NCBI RefSeq assembly: GCF_963921235.1
Contig: NW_026948187.1
Coordinates: forward strand, 6,820,001 to 6,884,000
Direction of reading: 5' to 3'
DNA: 64,000 nucleotides
DNA from: Mobula hypostoma
Lineage: Eukaryota
Part shown: one piece after another, positions 25,114 to 37,012 of the stretch
Position numbering within the stretch: the first letter of the stretch is position 1
How the letters are laid out: every line of letters starts with the position of its first letter
Position numbers and translations under genes: made by a program
Notes under the pieces: generated by a model
Database searches by the model: none
What the model saw: only the letters and a program-made list of their open reading frames with translations
What the model was told of the DNA's origin: nothing

Positions 25114-25703
25114 ATCACGCCAGGCACAGAAGTACACGGCTGACGAATTCGCCTCCAAGGCGGCGGAGCTCAGTCTGAAGATGTAGCTGCTCGGTCTCTC
25201 TGCGGTAAAGCCGTACAGCGGCCCCTTTGGTTCCACTCTGCCGGCAAATGTGGAGTAGAACAAGTTCTCCAGCCCCTGTCCTGGGTGTTGTCTGTACCAG
25301 AGCATCGTATCAGCCGCGTTGCTACTCCCTTCCACAGTACAGTTCAGCGTCACAGCCCGGCCGGTAGGACCGGAGAAAGCTGGAATCTGCTGGATCGTCA
25401 CCGGGGTCACATCTGAAGAAGAGAGTGGGAGTGAAAAGAGGTGAGTATGCGGAAGGCGACAACGACGGTGTAGAGAAGGGGGAGGATTGAAGCTGGGGTG
25501 TTTTCGGGCGGCGGTCGGTATGGAGAGGTTCCGACGAAGGAAGATCAGAGTGAGGATGGGATGTGCGGAGAAATGCGCAGAATGAGACAGACAAGGCTCA
25601 GGGCGAGAGGAAGGGAGGATTACCCGAGGGAAAAGAGAGGAAAATGTATAAGCAAATTTCCCTCACAGTGGAAGGAGACAATGAGTTGGAGAAACAGCAA
25701 CAT
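25114..25703 (-). CDS. TRBV: V9: TRBV subfamily A2, intact
   Basis: Leader 25667-25703 (MLLFLQLIVSFH). Exon 25114-25412 VTIQQIP..MLWYRQ..YFCAWRD. RSS 25075-25113: CACAGCG-23-ACAAAAACC. Confidence 0.92.
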
Positions 25704-26431
25704 CTTCTCTGGAGGTTTATTCCGTCCCAAGTGAAAGTGTTGTGCTTCTTTTGGCCAATCAGAATCGAGGCAGGCGGAGTTATACTTTCCTACTAATGCT
25801 CACACCTCTCATAACTTCCTTATCGGTGCATCTCTTTATTTATTTATCTTGATATGTATTTGAGTATTTGTGTCTGAATTAACAGATCTCATTTCGCAAA
25901 TTATGATCGATGATTTACTTTGTTTGTCCCATCTGCATGGAACGTCAACGACCATCACGATTCTGTCAGTATGTATAGATCGATAGACAGTGAGATAGGT
26001 AGATAGATAGATAGATAGATAGTTAGATAGATAGATAGATTGATTGATTGATTGACAGAGAAGCACTTAGATAGATAGATAGATGTACAGTTAGATAGGT
26101 GATAGATAATCCGAAATGACTGAATATAAACGTTTAATCATAGAACTCTATTTTTGTTCTTGTTCTGCTCGTCCGTAACACATCCCAGCTCTATAAAAGC
26201 TCCGATAGATGAAGTCGAGGTTGTCAAATGTTTCCCACGCCAAGCCTTGAGTCTCGTCCTATGTGATTATCAATCGATCAGAGAAAATTACAGAAAGCTG
26301 AAACACGCGAAGGCGTGCAGTGCAGGGTAAGATGTATAAAAGGCACGGTCCTGTGCCTCGGAGCTGAGCAATACCGGACAAGAGTAAAATGGATCCTATG
26401 CCAGATATAAAATGAGTTGTGAAACGCAATC

Positions 26432-26452
26432 TGCTACTGCCCCCTAGTGGTG
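26432..26452 (-). promoter_or_regulatory. CTCF site about 38 bp past the V10 nonamer
   Basis: CCACTAGGGGGCAGTAG. Confidence 0.75.
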
Positions 26453-26527
26453 CGAATCAACTTAGGAAGCTCCTAGCGATAGGGCAGAAGGTTTATGTTA
26501 CAGCAGATTCACTTGTGTAGCTCTGTG

Positions 26528-26820
26528 CGCTGATACCAATGCAGAAGAAGACATCGAAGTGGGAGGGCGAGGCGCCTTTCACTTCCAGATTGAACAGTGT
26601 GCTGCTCGTTCTCGTGGCCGTGTAGAACTCCGTTGTGTACTTCGTGTCGATGCCTTGCACAGCGGAGAAGATAAGAGCTTCTATTGCCCGGCCGTGTCTC
26701 TGTCTGTACCAAAGCATATTGCTACCGTCAGTATTCAACAGCGTGATGTGACGTTGACTGACTCGCCAACTCCAGTTGACAAGGAGGGAGACACCTGTAC
26801 CACGTACACGGCCAGAACGC
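26528..26820 (-). pseudogene. TRBV: V10: TRBV B2 pseudogene
   Basis: A 1-nt deletion destroys the first Cys codon (ACATCACG versus ACCTGCACG). RSS 26490-26527: CACAGAG-22-ACATAAACC. Confidence 0.87.
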
Positions 26821-28084
26821 CTGCAAGGTGGCAAATCTATTAGACTCTTACTTTCTCTCAATAATCGACCAGGTATTCTGCAAAGTCAGAGAGAAGGAAC
26901 ACGTACCCCTAAAAATAATCGGCCATCCATAGGAAACCCCAACGGGATATCATCCATTGATCTCATGAACCTCCCGTGAAAAACCCCATAGCAAGGAAAC
27001 GCGCCGTGGGCCAAGTTAGGCAAACTTAGAGCAGAATGAAAAATTACCCCGGGGTATCTGACAACTTACTCGAATTTCATCACCGCTAGGATCCGGACGT
27101 CAACCCCCTTTGCAGTATCTCCGATAAACGTACAAATGCACTCTTCCAAGTTTAATCCCGTCCGCCGGATAGGACGTATCATTTCAATGACAAAATACAA
27201 GGGGGCGTGGGACGGCCGTCCACATTGATGGTCTGATCTTGCAGTTGAGGGACATGAGTAGTAAAGGAGGATTCGAATTTCCCAAACTCGATCAAGCTAA
27301 ACCACGGCCAATGTCGCGCTCCGTAACTCCACCAAGAACACCAGCCCTCTACCTGGTTCTATGATGTTTTGACTTACTTGGGATCAACAGCATTCAATGT
27401 GTCCCACATGCCAACATCCGGCCCAGAGAGACACCAGCCGCTTTGGTATCAAGTGTAGCAGAATGCCAGCATTCAGGAAAAGCACTTTGTCTTGTCTGTT
27501 TGGACTGCGGCTGTGCTACTGTCCGGTTGACGGCTGCGTCCCTTCCTGCGCGTCTTACCCCGAGCATCATTTCAAATCAAAAGCCGGAAGAAGAGCGAAG
27601 TTGGAAGTGCAGTTGGTGTTGGACGAGAGTTTCATTATTTGCTGAGCAAACATAAGTAGGAAAGACACTTGGTTTTAATTGGGTAAGTAATCAGAGATTC
27701 AGGAACTATGACCAGTAAAAACATAATTATGAGTTTCCCGTTGTGTNNNNNNNNNNNNNNNNNNNNNNNNNNNNNNNNNNNNNNNNNNNNNNNNNNNNNN
27801 NNNNNNNNNNNNNNNNNNNNNNNNNNNNNNNNNNNNNNNNNNNNNNNNNNNNNNNNNNNNNNNNNNNNNNNNNNNNNNNNNNNNNNNNNNNNNNNNNNNN
27901 NNNNNNNNNNNNNNNNNNNNNNNNNNNNNNNNNNNNNNNNNNNNNNNNNNNNNNNNNNNNNNNNNNNNNNNNNNNNNNNNNNNNNNNNNNNNNNNNNNNN
28001 NNNNNNNNNNNNNNCTATGTATCGATCGATCTCTCTACCATTCTATTATATAACTGTAATTCTACTTTCCGTTTATGGGTTGAA

Positions 28085-28210
28085 ACCTCACTGGTATCTG
28101 TTCTGGGGATGGTACGCCCTGTACAACAGGGATGGGCTACACATGAGCGCGAGGGTGAACAAATTCGCTTCCTGGCAGTTTTGCTGAAGGTGTTCGGGAG
28201 GGTTTAAGCG
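28085..28210 (+). mobile_element. CR1 ORF1 (esterase-like) C-terminal fragment
   Basis: HWYLFWGWYALYNRDGLHM resembles the fish/shark CR1 ORF1 motif HWDLFWGRWDLYKRDGLHL (recalled, not searched). Confidence 0.6.
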
Positions 28211-28566
28211 AATTATTAATATACTAATAAGTCATTTATACAAACACATCATAGATTTGTTATTATCACCAGATAATAAAATGAACATTGCTTTGAACGC
28301 CATCCCTGCAAATAATTTAAGCACTTCAGTTGTAAATTTTGCTGTGGCTTAAAGGGGGCTTGCCAAATTTCTTTAGCTTCGTATGAAATTCGAGGCGGTC
28401 ACTGTTTTTCTTTTGTGTGGAGTGTTTCTGAATTTCTTCAGGCATCCTTGCCTTTTTCTGCTGATCTGATTTCCTGGTATTCCGTACTCGGTTGTCCGGA
28501 TGGGAAGAATCAAAAGGCAATTGCAGTGTTACGCTGGACGCGACTTGGAGATTGGATCTCAATGTA

Positions 28567-28584
28567 CCGCGACCTCTAGTGGTG
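28567..28584 (-). promoter_or_regulatory. CTCF site about 40 bp past the V11 nonamer
   Basis: CCACTAGAGGTCGCGG. Confidence 0.7.
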
Positions 28585-28662
28585 AGGAAAAGCCGGTTCT
28601 GAGCCTTCAGCTGTTGTGCGGAAAGTTTTTGTCAGAGGCGGCTCGACTTCTCAACCTCTGTG

Positions 28663-29112
28663 CGCTACTGCAGGCGCAGAAATAGACGGCCGAGTGAGAG
28701 TGCGAGGCGTTCTTTAGTTCCAGTTGAAAGAAAGTGCTACTGGGTCTTGTTGCCGCGTAGGATTCCGACGTGTAACTGTCGACGGAATCTTTCCCAACAG
28801 AACGGAAAAGAGCTTCGATTGCCCCGTCCGGTCGCTGTCTGTACCAATACATATTATCATAGTCCGAATTCAGCAGCGTACATTGGACAGTGGTTGACTC
28901 TCCAAATCCAACTGACAGGGAAGGAGGTGACTGCTTCACGTACACGGCCAGAATCCCTGCAAGGAAGAAATTCTATTAGAGCATAATTTATCTCAACAAA
29001 TGGTAGCCCGTTCTCTGAAGCTGAGTTACCTTCCCCAGAACAATTGTTATCCTGACTTACGCTGAATCAATGCCACGATCAGCGGAAGACAATATTTTCC
29101 TCGCACCATCAT
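28663..29112 (-). CDS. TRBV: V11: TRBV family B, intact (paralog of V4)
   Basis: Leader 29061-29112 (MMVRGKYCLPLIVALIQ). Exon 28663-28956. RSS 28624-28662: CACAGAG-23-ACAAAAACT. Confidence 0.9.
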
Positions 29113-29215
29113 TTCCAGAGTGGATACTGGCGTTCTTTGGTGTGGATTGCCATTCAAGACCAGCCGACAGAAGAACTAAATTGCTCGATGTAATTGTTAA
29201 CGCATTGCGGCCGCA

Positions 29216-29223
29216 TGACGTCA
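29216..29223. promoter_or_regulatory. Perfect CRE palindrome in the V11 promoter
   Basis: TGACGTCA about 105 bp upstream of the leader ATG. Confidence 0.6.
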
Positions 29224-29294
29224 TTCGCTTCCCGTCATCATTCGAAAGGCGGAGGAGAGTGGAGGTCGCAAAATCTGCAGCGTCGCTTTATTGA

Positions 29295-29976
29295 NNNNNN
29301 NNNNNNNNNNNNNNNNNNNNNNNNNNNNNNNNNNNNNNNNNNNNNNNNNNNNNNNNNNNNNNNNNNNNNNNNNNNNNNNNNNNNNNNNNNNNNNNNNNNN
29401 NNNNNNNNNNNNNNNNNNNNNNNNNNNNNNNNNNNNNNNNNNNNNNNNNNNNNNNNNNNNNNNNNNNNNNNNNNNNNNNNNNNNNNNNNNNNNNNNNNNN
29501 NNNNNNNNNNNNNNNNNNNNNNNNNNNNNNNNNNNNNNNNNNNNNNNNNNNNNNNNNNNNNNNNNNNNNNNNNNNNNNNNNNNNNNNNNNNNNNNNNNNN
29601 NNNNNNNNNNNNNNNNNNNNNNNNNNNNNNNNNNNNNNNNNNNNNNNNNNNNNNNNNNNNNNNNNNNNNNNNNNNNNNNNNNNNNNNNNNNNNNNNNNNN
29701 NNNNNNNNNNNNNNNNNNNNNNNNNNNNNNNNNNNNNNNNNNNNNNNNNNNNNNNNNNNNNNNNNNNNNNNNNNNNNNNNNNNNNNNNNNNNNNNNNNNN
29801 NNNNNNNNNNNNNNNNNNNNNNNNNNNNNNNNNNNNNNNNNNNNNNNNNNNNNNNNNNNNNNNNNNNNNNNNNNNNNNNNNNNNNNNNNNNNNNNNNNNN
29901 NNNNNNNNNNNNNNNNNNNNNNNNNNNNNNNNNNNNNNNNNNNNNNNNNNNNNNNNNNNNNNNNNNNNNNNNNNNN
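29295..29976. other. Assembly gap (N run)
   Basis: Other gaps: 10064-10235, 27747-28014, 39211-39382, 55998-56163. Several coincide with microsatellites in the paralogous copy. Confidence 0.99.
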
Positions 29977-30194
29977 ACCTATCATTCTGAATTATTCAAA
30001 ACGAATCTGTATGTTTCTCCCCATCCCTGAATTCCCATGCTGAAGTTATGGTTGTAACTCGCTATTGAAAACCCCTTACCGTTCCTGGTTGGAACGTAAA
30101 CAGGCAATAATGCTCAATATTGTTGACCTCGCTTCTCTGAGGAGAAAACGGGGACAGTGCGGAAGCAGCGAAGGTCAGCAGAGGTGAACACGCA

Positions 30195-30775
30195 ACATTT
30201 CATCAGTGGCTATGTTTTTATCTACAGCTGTGCAAGGACGACAGAATCTCCTGCTCTGTCATTTCACAAACTACTTTACAGTATGCTGCTAATCATTGTG
30301 TCGTTTGCAGGCTTGTAGGCCCATCTATCCGCGATTTCCTTCAAGTTACGCAGATGAAGTGACGGCTTTATTAGATAGCTGTACACCTACTCGTTGATGC
30401 AGATGTCTCAACAGCCAGACGTGTTGCAGCGACTCATTGCAGACCAGCAAGCCGGCATGTTGAAGAGGTTCTGTTGCTGTTCGGTCCAGTCATCAGAATG
30501 ACGAAGTAGTGTGATCTTAGTGACTTTGACCGTAGAATGACCGTCCAGTCCAGGAGAGGTTGGGTATCTCAGAAACTACCGAAACCCTGGAAAAAATCAC
30601 CTAAAACGTTTGCCAGTGTTTACAGAGAATGGTAGGAAACAGAAATATTTGTGGGAATTATCTGGGTGAAAATAACCATCTGTTACAACGGAGATATGTG
30701 GAAGGGCATCTCTGAATGCACAATAGACCACGAACATACACCGAGTGGTTACTGTATTAGGTACAGGAGGTCTCG
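30195..30775 (+). mobile_element. Tc1/mariner remnant (paralog of 10700-11350)
   Basis: TGTGATCTTAGTGACTTTGACCGT..TCTCAGAAACT..GAGTGGTTACTGTATTAGGTACAGGAGG. Confidence 0.65.
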
Positions 30776-31482
30776 AAACATATAGAACATAATATAACAT
30801 AATACAACATCTCCCCATTAATCAGAAATGGGTAGAATATATAGCTGTTTGTACGAAGTGCTCGCATTTGTACAGATACATCCGTACAGCAAACTTGTAC
30901 ATATACACCGGCACAACTTTTGCGCGGGACCAGTACCAACGATACATAGAGTATTGCCGCCCCCAAGAGGCGTAAAGACCGTGCTGCCCCTCTCGGTGAA
31001 TAGGTGGGGGGATTTTCTGCTGTCGCTCTCTGTATGGTGCTACTCTCAATGGAAGAGTACGAATTGGACGTTTCAGGCCGAGTCCCTTCATCACGACTGA
31101 GAGGGAGAGGGAGATGCCTGATTTAAAAGTTGCGGGAGGGGACAAAGGCCGGCTGAAAGGTGATAGGTGAAGAAAGTTGGGTGGGAAAGTTTAAGCGTTG
31201 GCGAAGAAAGAATATGGTAGAAGAGGAGAGCGGACAAAAGGGAAAGGGAAGGAGCAAAGGGCCGATGGGAAGTAATAGACAGGTGTAAAGAAGTGAAAGG
31301 TTTGTGCAGGGAATGCGGGTGGTGAAACAATCCATTTATATACGATCAGGATGGTGGGTATTAAGACGGAATATAGGAGGTTGTTCCTCTAGGTTGAGAG
31401 TGGCCTCCTCTTTGCACGTGAACAGAAATCGGAATCGAGTGTTACCCGTTCGTGACAGAAGGGAGCAAATGATCACAGTTCG

Positions 31483-31501
31483 TTGCTGCCACCTAGTGGT
31501 A
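31483..31501 (-). promoter_or_regulatory. CTCF site about 38 bp past the V12 nonamer
   Basis: CCACTAGGTGGCAGCAA. Confidence 0.78.
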
Positions 31502-31577
31502 CAACAGGACCGCTGAACTTCTCTACGATTGGCTGGAAGGTTTTTGTAGTGGGAGACTCGTTATCTGGAGCCCTGTG

Positions 31578-32057
31578 CGCTACTACAGGCGCAGTAGTAG
31601 ACGGCGGAGTGGGAGGCCGATGCATGTATCACTTCCAGTTTAAACAGAGTGCTGCTGGGTCTTGTCGCCGTGTAGGAATCGGATGTGTAGTTCGTAACCG
31701 ACCCTTCTCCAACAGAATAGAAGAGAACATCTATTGTCCGGTCCGATCGCTGTCTGTACCAATACAGATCTTGATAGCGCGTATTCAGCAATGTGCATAC
31801 GACGCTGAACGGCTGTCCCACACCGATTGACATGGACGACGGCGATTGCTCCACATACGCGGAGAGAATCTCTGTAAGATGAAATACGATACGGTTTTAA
31901 TTTCCCGCAATTGTTCAACAAGGGTTAAGCCAGTCACAAGGAGCGGTTGGTGTGCTCACAGACACTGTTGTGCGATGTGCAATCGGCGTGATGCACCATC
32001 GTCGCGCCATGACCATGCTTGACTATACACCGAATGACCGAACTGTGATCTCTCTCT

Positions 32058-32112
<55 letters not shown>

Positions 32113-32396
32113 TGTGTTTCTCTCCGTTACAGCAAAGATGCACGCACACGGTGTCTGCGAAGTACAGAATTGCGCAGACAATGAACTATTCTTCATTATG
32201 CTCATGAGTTGAAAGGGATGCATCAAACCTTTGCCCTCTTGGCGAAGAATATTACCAAGCCTAACCACGTTCGATGCTGGACGACGTCAGTCTACACAGG
32301 ACATTCGACACCCGCTTACCCCCAGACCTGTGAGTTTAACTTACGCGGGATGGCCACCACAATCAGCGGGAGGCAAAGTGTTCCCCGGACCATCAT
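31578..32396 (-). CDS. TRBV: V12: TRBV family B (divergent member), intact
   Basis: Leader 32345-32396 (MMVRGTLCLPLIVVAIP); intron contains (CT)n. Exon 31578-31871 AYVEQSPSS..YYCACS. RSS 31539-31577: CACAGGG-23-ACAAAAACC. Confidence 0.88.
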
Positions 32397-33124
32397 TGAC
32401 AGGATGAGGATAGTTCCTCTGTGTGGAGTCGAATGAAGCTCAGTATCAAATGTCAGGGAAGTCTCTCTCCGTGGTCTGACAAAGGAACTGTCCTCCCGTT
32501 GGCTGTCTGACAATTACGTCACTTCCGTAGCGGCAGAGCTCCTTTGGCGCGGTTTTCATTGTTGAGAAAATGACAAGACGACCCCAGACGAGTTCATGTA
32601 ATGCAGATGCGTTTGGATGATCCTAAGTTGGGTGGCACATATCCCGGGAAAACCGGCTGAAAATAATCGGCACAAAGATCCTCGGGAGACCAAAACGCAT
32701 CTACAATAGAGCTTCAATTTATTTTTTTATGGTTTTTTGACCCGGGGATCGCTTCTATGCGAGACAGTTCTCGCCCTTCGCCATAAACTGATAGCAAGGT
32801 GGGATGTAACTGGCATCATGTTCTCTTCAGTGCTGAGGAAAGTGAAGTTATCCCCGGAGGTTCGGGCACCCGAATCACCTCAACACTAAACTATGTCAAA
32901 CCCTCTAACCTCACTTGTAGGAATTCTACAATTCATGTTCTCGGTGTTACTTTTTATACTTACTTAAATCGTCTTCCACTTCTTTGTTCTGTTTGCAATT
33001 GAGCGGTTTGTCTTCTTTTGCAAACCGGTTTTCCGTTTTCCCGTTTAGTTGTCAATTAATCATGTACTGGACTTAAAATGGGTGGCCACTGGGAGATCAC
33101 CCTCCTTCCAGCCTCCTCTAGTTT

Positions 33125-33308
33125 TGCGACCATCCCTATTTCGACGTCAATCTATGGCCGTCTCCACTGTCGCGATGAGGCCACACTCAAGATGAAGCAG
33201 CTCACTCTATATTCCGTCTGGGTAGCCTCCAACCTGATAGCATGTACATCGATTGCTCGAACTTCATGTAATCCCTCCAAACCCTCCTGTTCACCATTCC
33301 CATGCCCT

Positions 33309-33340
<32 letters not shown>

Positions 33341-33420
33341 CCTCGCTTCTTGACTTCCCATCGCTTCCGTCTGGTGCTTATCTCCCATTTTCGGACATTT
33401 CGCCAGGGACCCTCTGGATC
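33125..33420 (+). mobile_element. Penelope-like element fragment (GIY-YIG C-terminus plus CT-rich tail)
   Basis: GRLHCRDEATL.. decayed match to the HCxDEATLRLEEQHLIFRLGSLQP motif. Related pieces at about 31060-31420 (-), 11630-11900 (-), 1550-1660, 3210-3380 and 6800-6900. Confidence 0.6.
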
Positions 33421-33850
33421 CTTCACGGCGAGCGATCGAACCTTGTACAACGAGCTCCCGCCGTTAGTCATCGTTGCGCACAATTCACAGTGCGTGTCTT
33501 GCCCTTCTACAGTGAAGTCCCGCTGTTCCTCATCATCCCACGCCATTCGCGCTGAATGTCCTACCCTTGTACACTGAGGTGTCGGTGTTCCACAACACTC
33601 TAAGTGTGCTACAATTTTGTGTTTCGACCAACTGTACTGTATTCAGAGCGTAGGATGTGAGAGCGGCGAACATCAAATGGAGGTAGTTTCTATCTAGTCT
33701 GATCACCGGGGGGGGGGGGGGAAGCTTTCACCTACAAAAGGGGACCGTGCGCAAAGATATCTATGCAACCATTTTAATGCCGAACAAGGGAAATACTTGA
33801 CAAGAGCAGGTGCGATATCGTCGCCATTTGTTTCTCTCAGTGGCCGCATC

Positions 33851-33867
33851 GCAGCGCCATCTGTCGG
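33851..33867 (-). promoter_or_regulatory. CTCF-like site about 42 bp past the V13 nonamer
   Basis: CCGACAGATGGCGCTGC, one mismatch to CCRSYAGRKGGCRS. Same site at 38164-38180 (V15) and 60790-60806 (V22); 1-nt deleted at 25023-25038 (V9). Confidence 0.55.
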
Positions 33868-33947
33868 ACAGGATCACACCCGCGCTTCAATTGACATCAA
33901 GACGGTGGGGTTTTTGTTCAGCTCCTCCGTCTGACCCAGTCTCTGTG

Positions 33948-34540
33948 ATCACTCCAGGCACAGAAGCACACGGCTGACGAATTCGCCTCCAAGGCGGCGG
34001 AGATCAGCCTGAAGATGTAGCTGCTCGGTCTCTCTGCGGCAAAGCCGTACAGCGGCCCCTTTGGTTGCACGATGCCGGCATATGTGGAGTAGAACAAGTT
34101 CTCCAGCCCCTGTCCCGGGTGTTGTCTGTACCAGAGCATCGTATCAGCCGCGTTGCTACTCCCTTCCACAGTACAGTTCAGCGTCACAGCCCGGCCGGTA
34201 GGAACGGAGAAAGCTGGAATCTGGCGGATCGTCACCGGGGTCACATCTGAAGAAGAGAGTGGGAGTGAAAAGAGGTGAGTATGCGGACGGCGAGAACGAC
34301 GGTGTAGAGAACGGGGAGGTTTGAAGCTGGGGTATTTTCGGGTGCGGTCGCAATGGAGCGGTTTCGGCGGAGGAAGCTTTGGGTGAGGATGGGAATGTGG
34401 GGAGACAAGCGCGGAATGAGACAGAAAAAGCACAGGGCGAGATAATGTGAGGATTATGAGAAGCGAAAGGAGATAAAAAAAAGTGTTAGCAAAATTCCCA
34501 CACAGAGGAAGGAGACGATAAGTTGCAGAAACAGGAACAT
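33948..34540 (-). CDS. TRBV: V13: TRBV A2, open frame, with YFC changed to CFC and a weak donor
   Basis: Leader 34504-34540 with GTGTGG donor. Exon 33948-34246. RSS 33909-33947: CACAGAG-23-ACAAAAACC. Confidence 0.85.
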
Positions 34541-35727
34541 CTTCTCTGGAGGGTAATTCCCTCCCAAGTGAAAGTGTCGTGACCAGGAGCAATGAATCCA
34601 CTCACTTCAGTCCCGATTGTCATGTGACTCAGTGACCTAAAGGGTCATTGGTGAGACGGATGGCCGCGCCCTCTGCTTCTGTCAGCTAATCTCAATCCAG
34701 GCATGCGCAGTATTACTCTGCCGAATCGTCATTGTCCCTTATTGACTTACCACATCCCTTTCTCATCGATCAATAAGTAGTGATTTCTCCGTCCATTCTC
34801 TTCTTCCTTATCTTTCTTTCTTTTGCTCTCTCTCTCCTTCCATCACTTTGCTGGCCAGGGTGGATTTAAAATAGGGCAGAAAACGTTGAAAGCGAATGTG
34901 TTAACGGCAGTGGAAGGAGGCAGATCAATAGTCTTTGTTCCTTCCATGTGCTTGGAGATGAAGGCTGCCATTTTGTAGAGCTGTTTTACATCTTCCATTT
35001 TGTGAGATGGAGCTGCTTTGCCCTCTGTGCTTGAAAATGGACACAATCATATTTCAGGTGAGCTGCGGGGCGATAGATCATTTTCAGATCAGAAGTTATT
35101 TGTGAGGTGTCATTGATAGAACATAACTTGCAGCGTTGTGAAGGTCGGGATTGGTGCCTGTCTGGAGTGATTCGAGCTGGTTTCTGAAGAGAACAGAGTC
35201 AGTAGTTATCGACTGTCACCTGCTGGATAGGGGGTAATAAATGGATGCTGGCCTGGACCAGAGGTAATTAAAAGTTGATCAGATGTTCAGGTGTCCTACA
35301 GATAATGACACTGGAATGTAATATTTGAATTGGCAAGGAACGAATATAAAAGTGGGCACTTAAATGTCCTATCAGCGATACCTCTCTCAGGAGACCCACC
35401 TTCGCTGGGAAGATCGCTCACGCCAGAGCCTGGGCGATGAGAGAATCGATCATGAAGCCAGCAGGGATCCCCTATTACGGTGTTATAAATTCGAAAGTTG
35501 GTCTGAGCGAGCATTTGTACAGAGGGAACAGTAGAGTTAATGCTGGAACCTGTTGGCCCAGGGTTTACAGAGTCACGGTGTTTTTTTTTTTGTTTAGAGA
35601 CAATAACGCGTGAGCTTCGATTGATTAGTAGTTGTGTAGTGTATTTCCTATCCTTATTCTGTTTCGGAACGGTCAATACCCTCTGCCCCTTACTCTCCTT
35701 CCGTCCCTGTCTCTCTCTCCCTCTCTG

Positions 35728-35760
<33 letters not shown>

Positions 35761-36375
35761 GCTATCTTTGTACACCGAAAACCCTCTGTCCTTCCACAGT
35801 CCCCACCATTCACGGTGTGTGCCCTACCCTGTACTCTGATGTCCCTCTGACCCTCATCACTCCCCACCTATCTCGGTATGTGTCCCCTACCCTCGTTCAC
35901 CGAGGTCCCACTGTCCCTCGCACTCCCCACCAGTTACGGTGTTTTTATAAAACCTAGCGCCCCGAGGTTCCTGAAACGTCCATTCCTCCGCGTATTCTGT
36001 GTTTCCACTAATGGGCAAATTGATCATAGAGATTGAAAATCATTGGGGCACTCATAGTTTCTGATACTTTGGGTACATTGAAAGTTCCCGGAATGATCAT
36101 GTGTGGGAAGACCGCACATAAGAAAGAGGAATGGTGAGTGGGTGGATTCTCTTCACCCAAATGGATGTTTCAGAAGAGGAGGAAATCAAAAGCTACGGTA
36201 CAATGGCGTCGCCCGTTATTTCACTGATTGGACACGACGGCGCACACGACTGAATGAGAGACCTACCTCCCACCATGTGATTGACAGGAGGCGTGTTTCC
36301 TGTTTTGCTGACAACAGCGACACTTTGGACACTGAGAGTTTTTGTACAGCTTCCCCGTCACTCTGAGCCGCTGTG

Positions 36376-37012
36376 ATCTTTCCAGGCGCAGAAATAAACG
36401 GCCGACGAATTCGCCTCCAGTTTGACGGACTTCAGGAAGAACTCGTTGGTCTGCGGTCTCTCCGCCTTAAAACCGTCAACCAATCCCTTTGGGAACACGG
36501 AATTAACTCTGTTCGAGTGAAACATGTACGCCGGACCCTTTCCCGGGTATTGTCGGTACCAGTACAAGTAGTTAGTATCACTGGTTCTACCCTCTACTGT
36601 ACAACGCAGGGTCACATTCTGGCCGGCAGTTCCGGAGAAACCTGGAGTCTGGTGGATCGTCACCGACGTCGCGTCTGGAAAAAAGAGACAAGGGTGGCAG
36701 GACGGTGTGAATGGACACGGAGAACCGGATCACCGGATCACTGGTGAAGGTTAGAAGGAGGGTACATTGACGGAAGGTAGGAGGGGGATTGCAGTCGAGT
36801 TATCTTCAAAGGACTTCGAAATTTAAAGGCGGCGGCAGAGGGAAGAGAGTGTGCGGACGGGAGGTCTCGTATATAAATAAGGAATGAGTTCGAGACTACT
36901 CGAGTGTAAAGCGAGTGAAGGGAATGTGAAAGGAAGCAATGGGAGAAGCAATAATATTTTTGAAATTTCACTCACAGCGGAAGGCGAGGATGAATTGCAG
37001 AAACAGAAACAT
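36376..37012 (-). CDS. TRBV: V14: TRBV A1, intact
   Basis: Leader 36976-37012 (MFLFLQFILAFR). Exon 36376-36674 ends YFCAWKD. RSS 36337-36375: CACAGCG-23-ACAAAAACT. Confidence 0.92.

Noticed and set aside
26940-27075. Possible leader exon for V10 (GTAAGT donor near 27065; paralog near 63510)
   Set aside because: No in-phase ATG-initiated hydrophobic frame was found, so it is at best a decayed remnant.
35290-35560. Possible Rex1/L2-type RT remnant (related pieces near 39100-39200 and 61900-62070)
   Set aside because: The similarity is too decayed to assign without a profile search.
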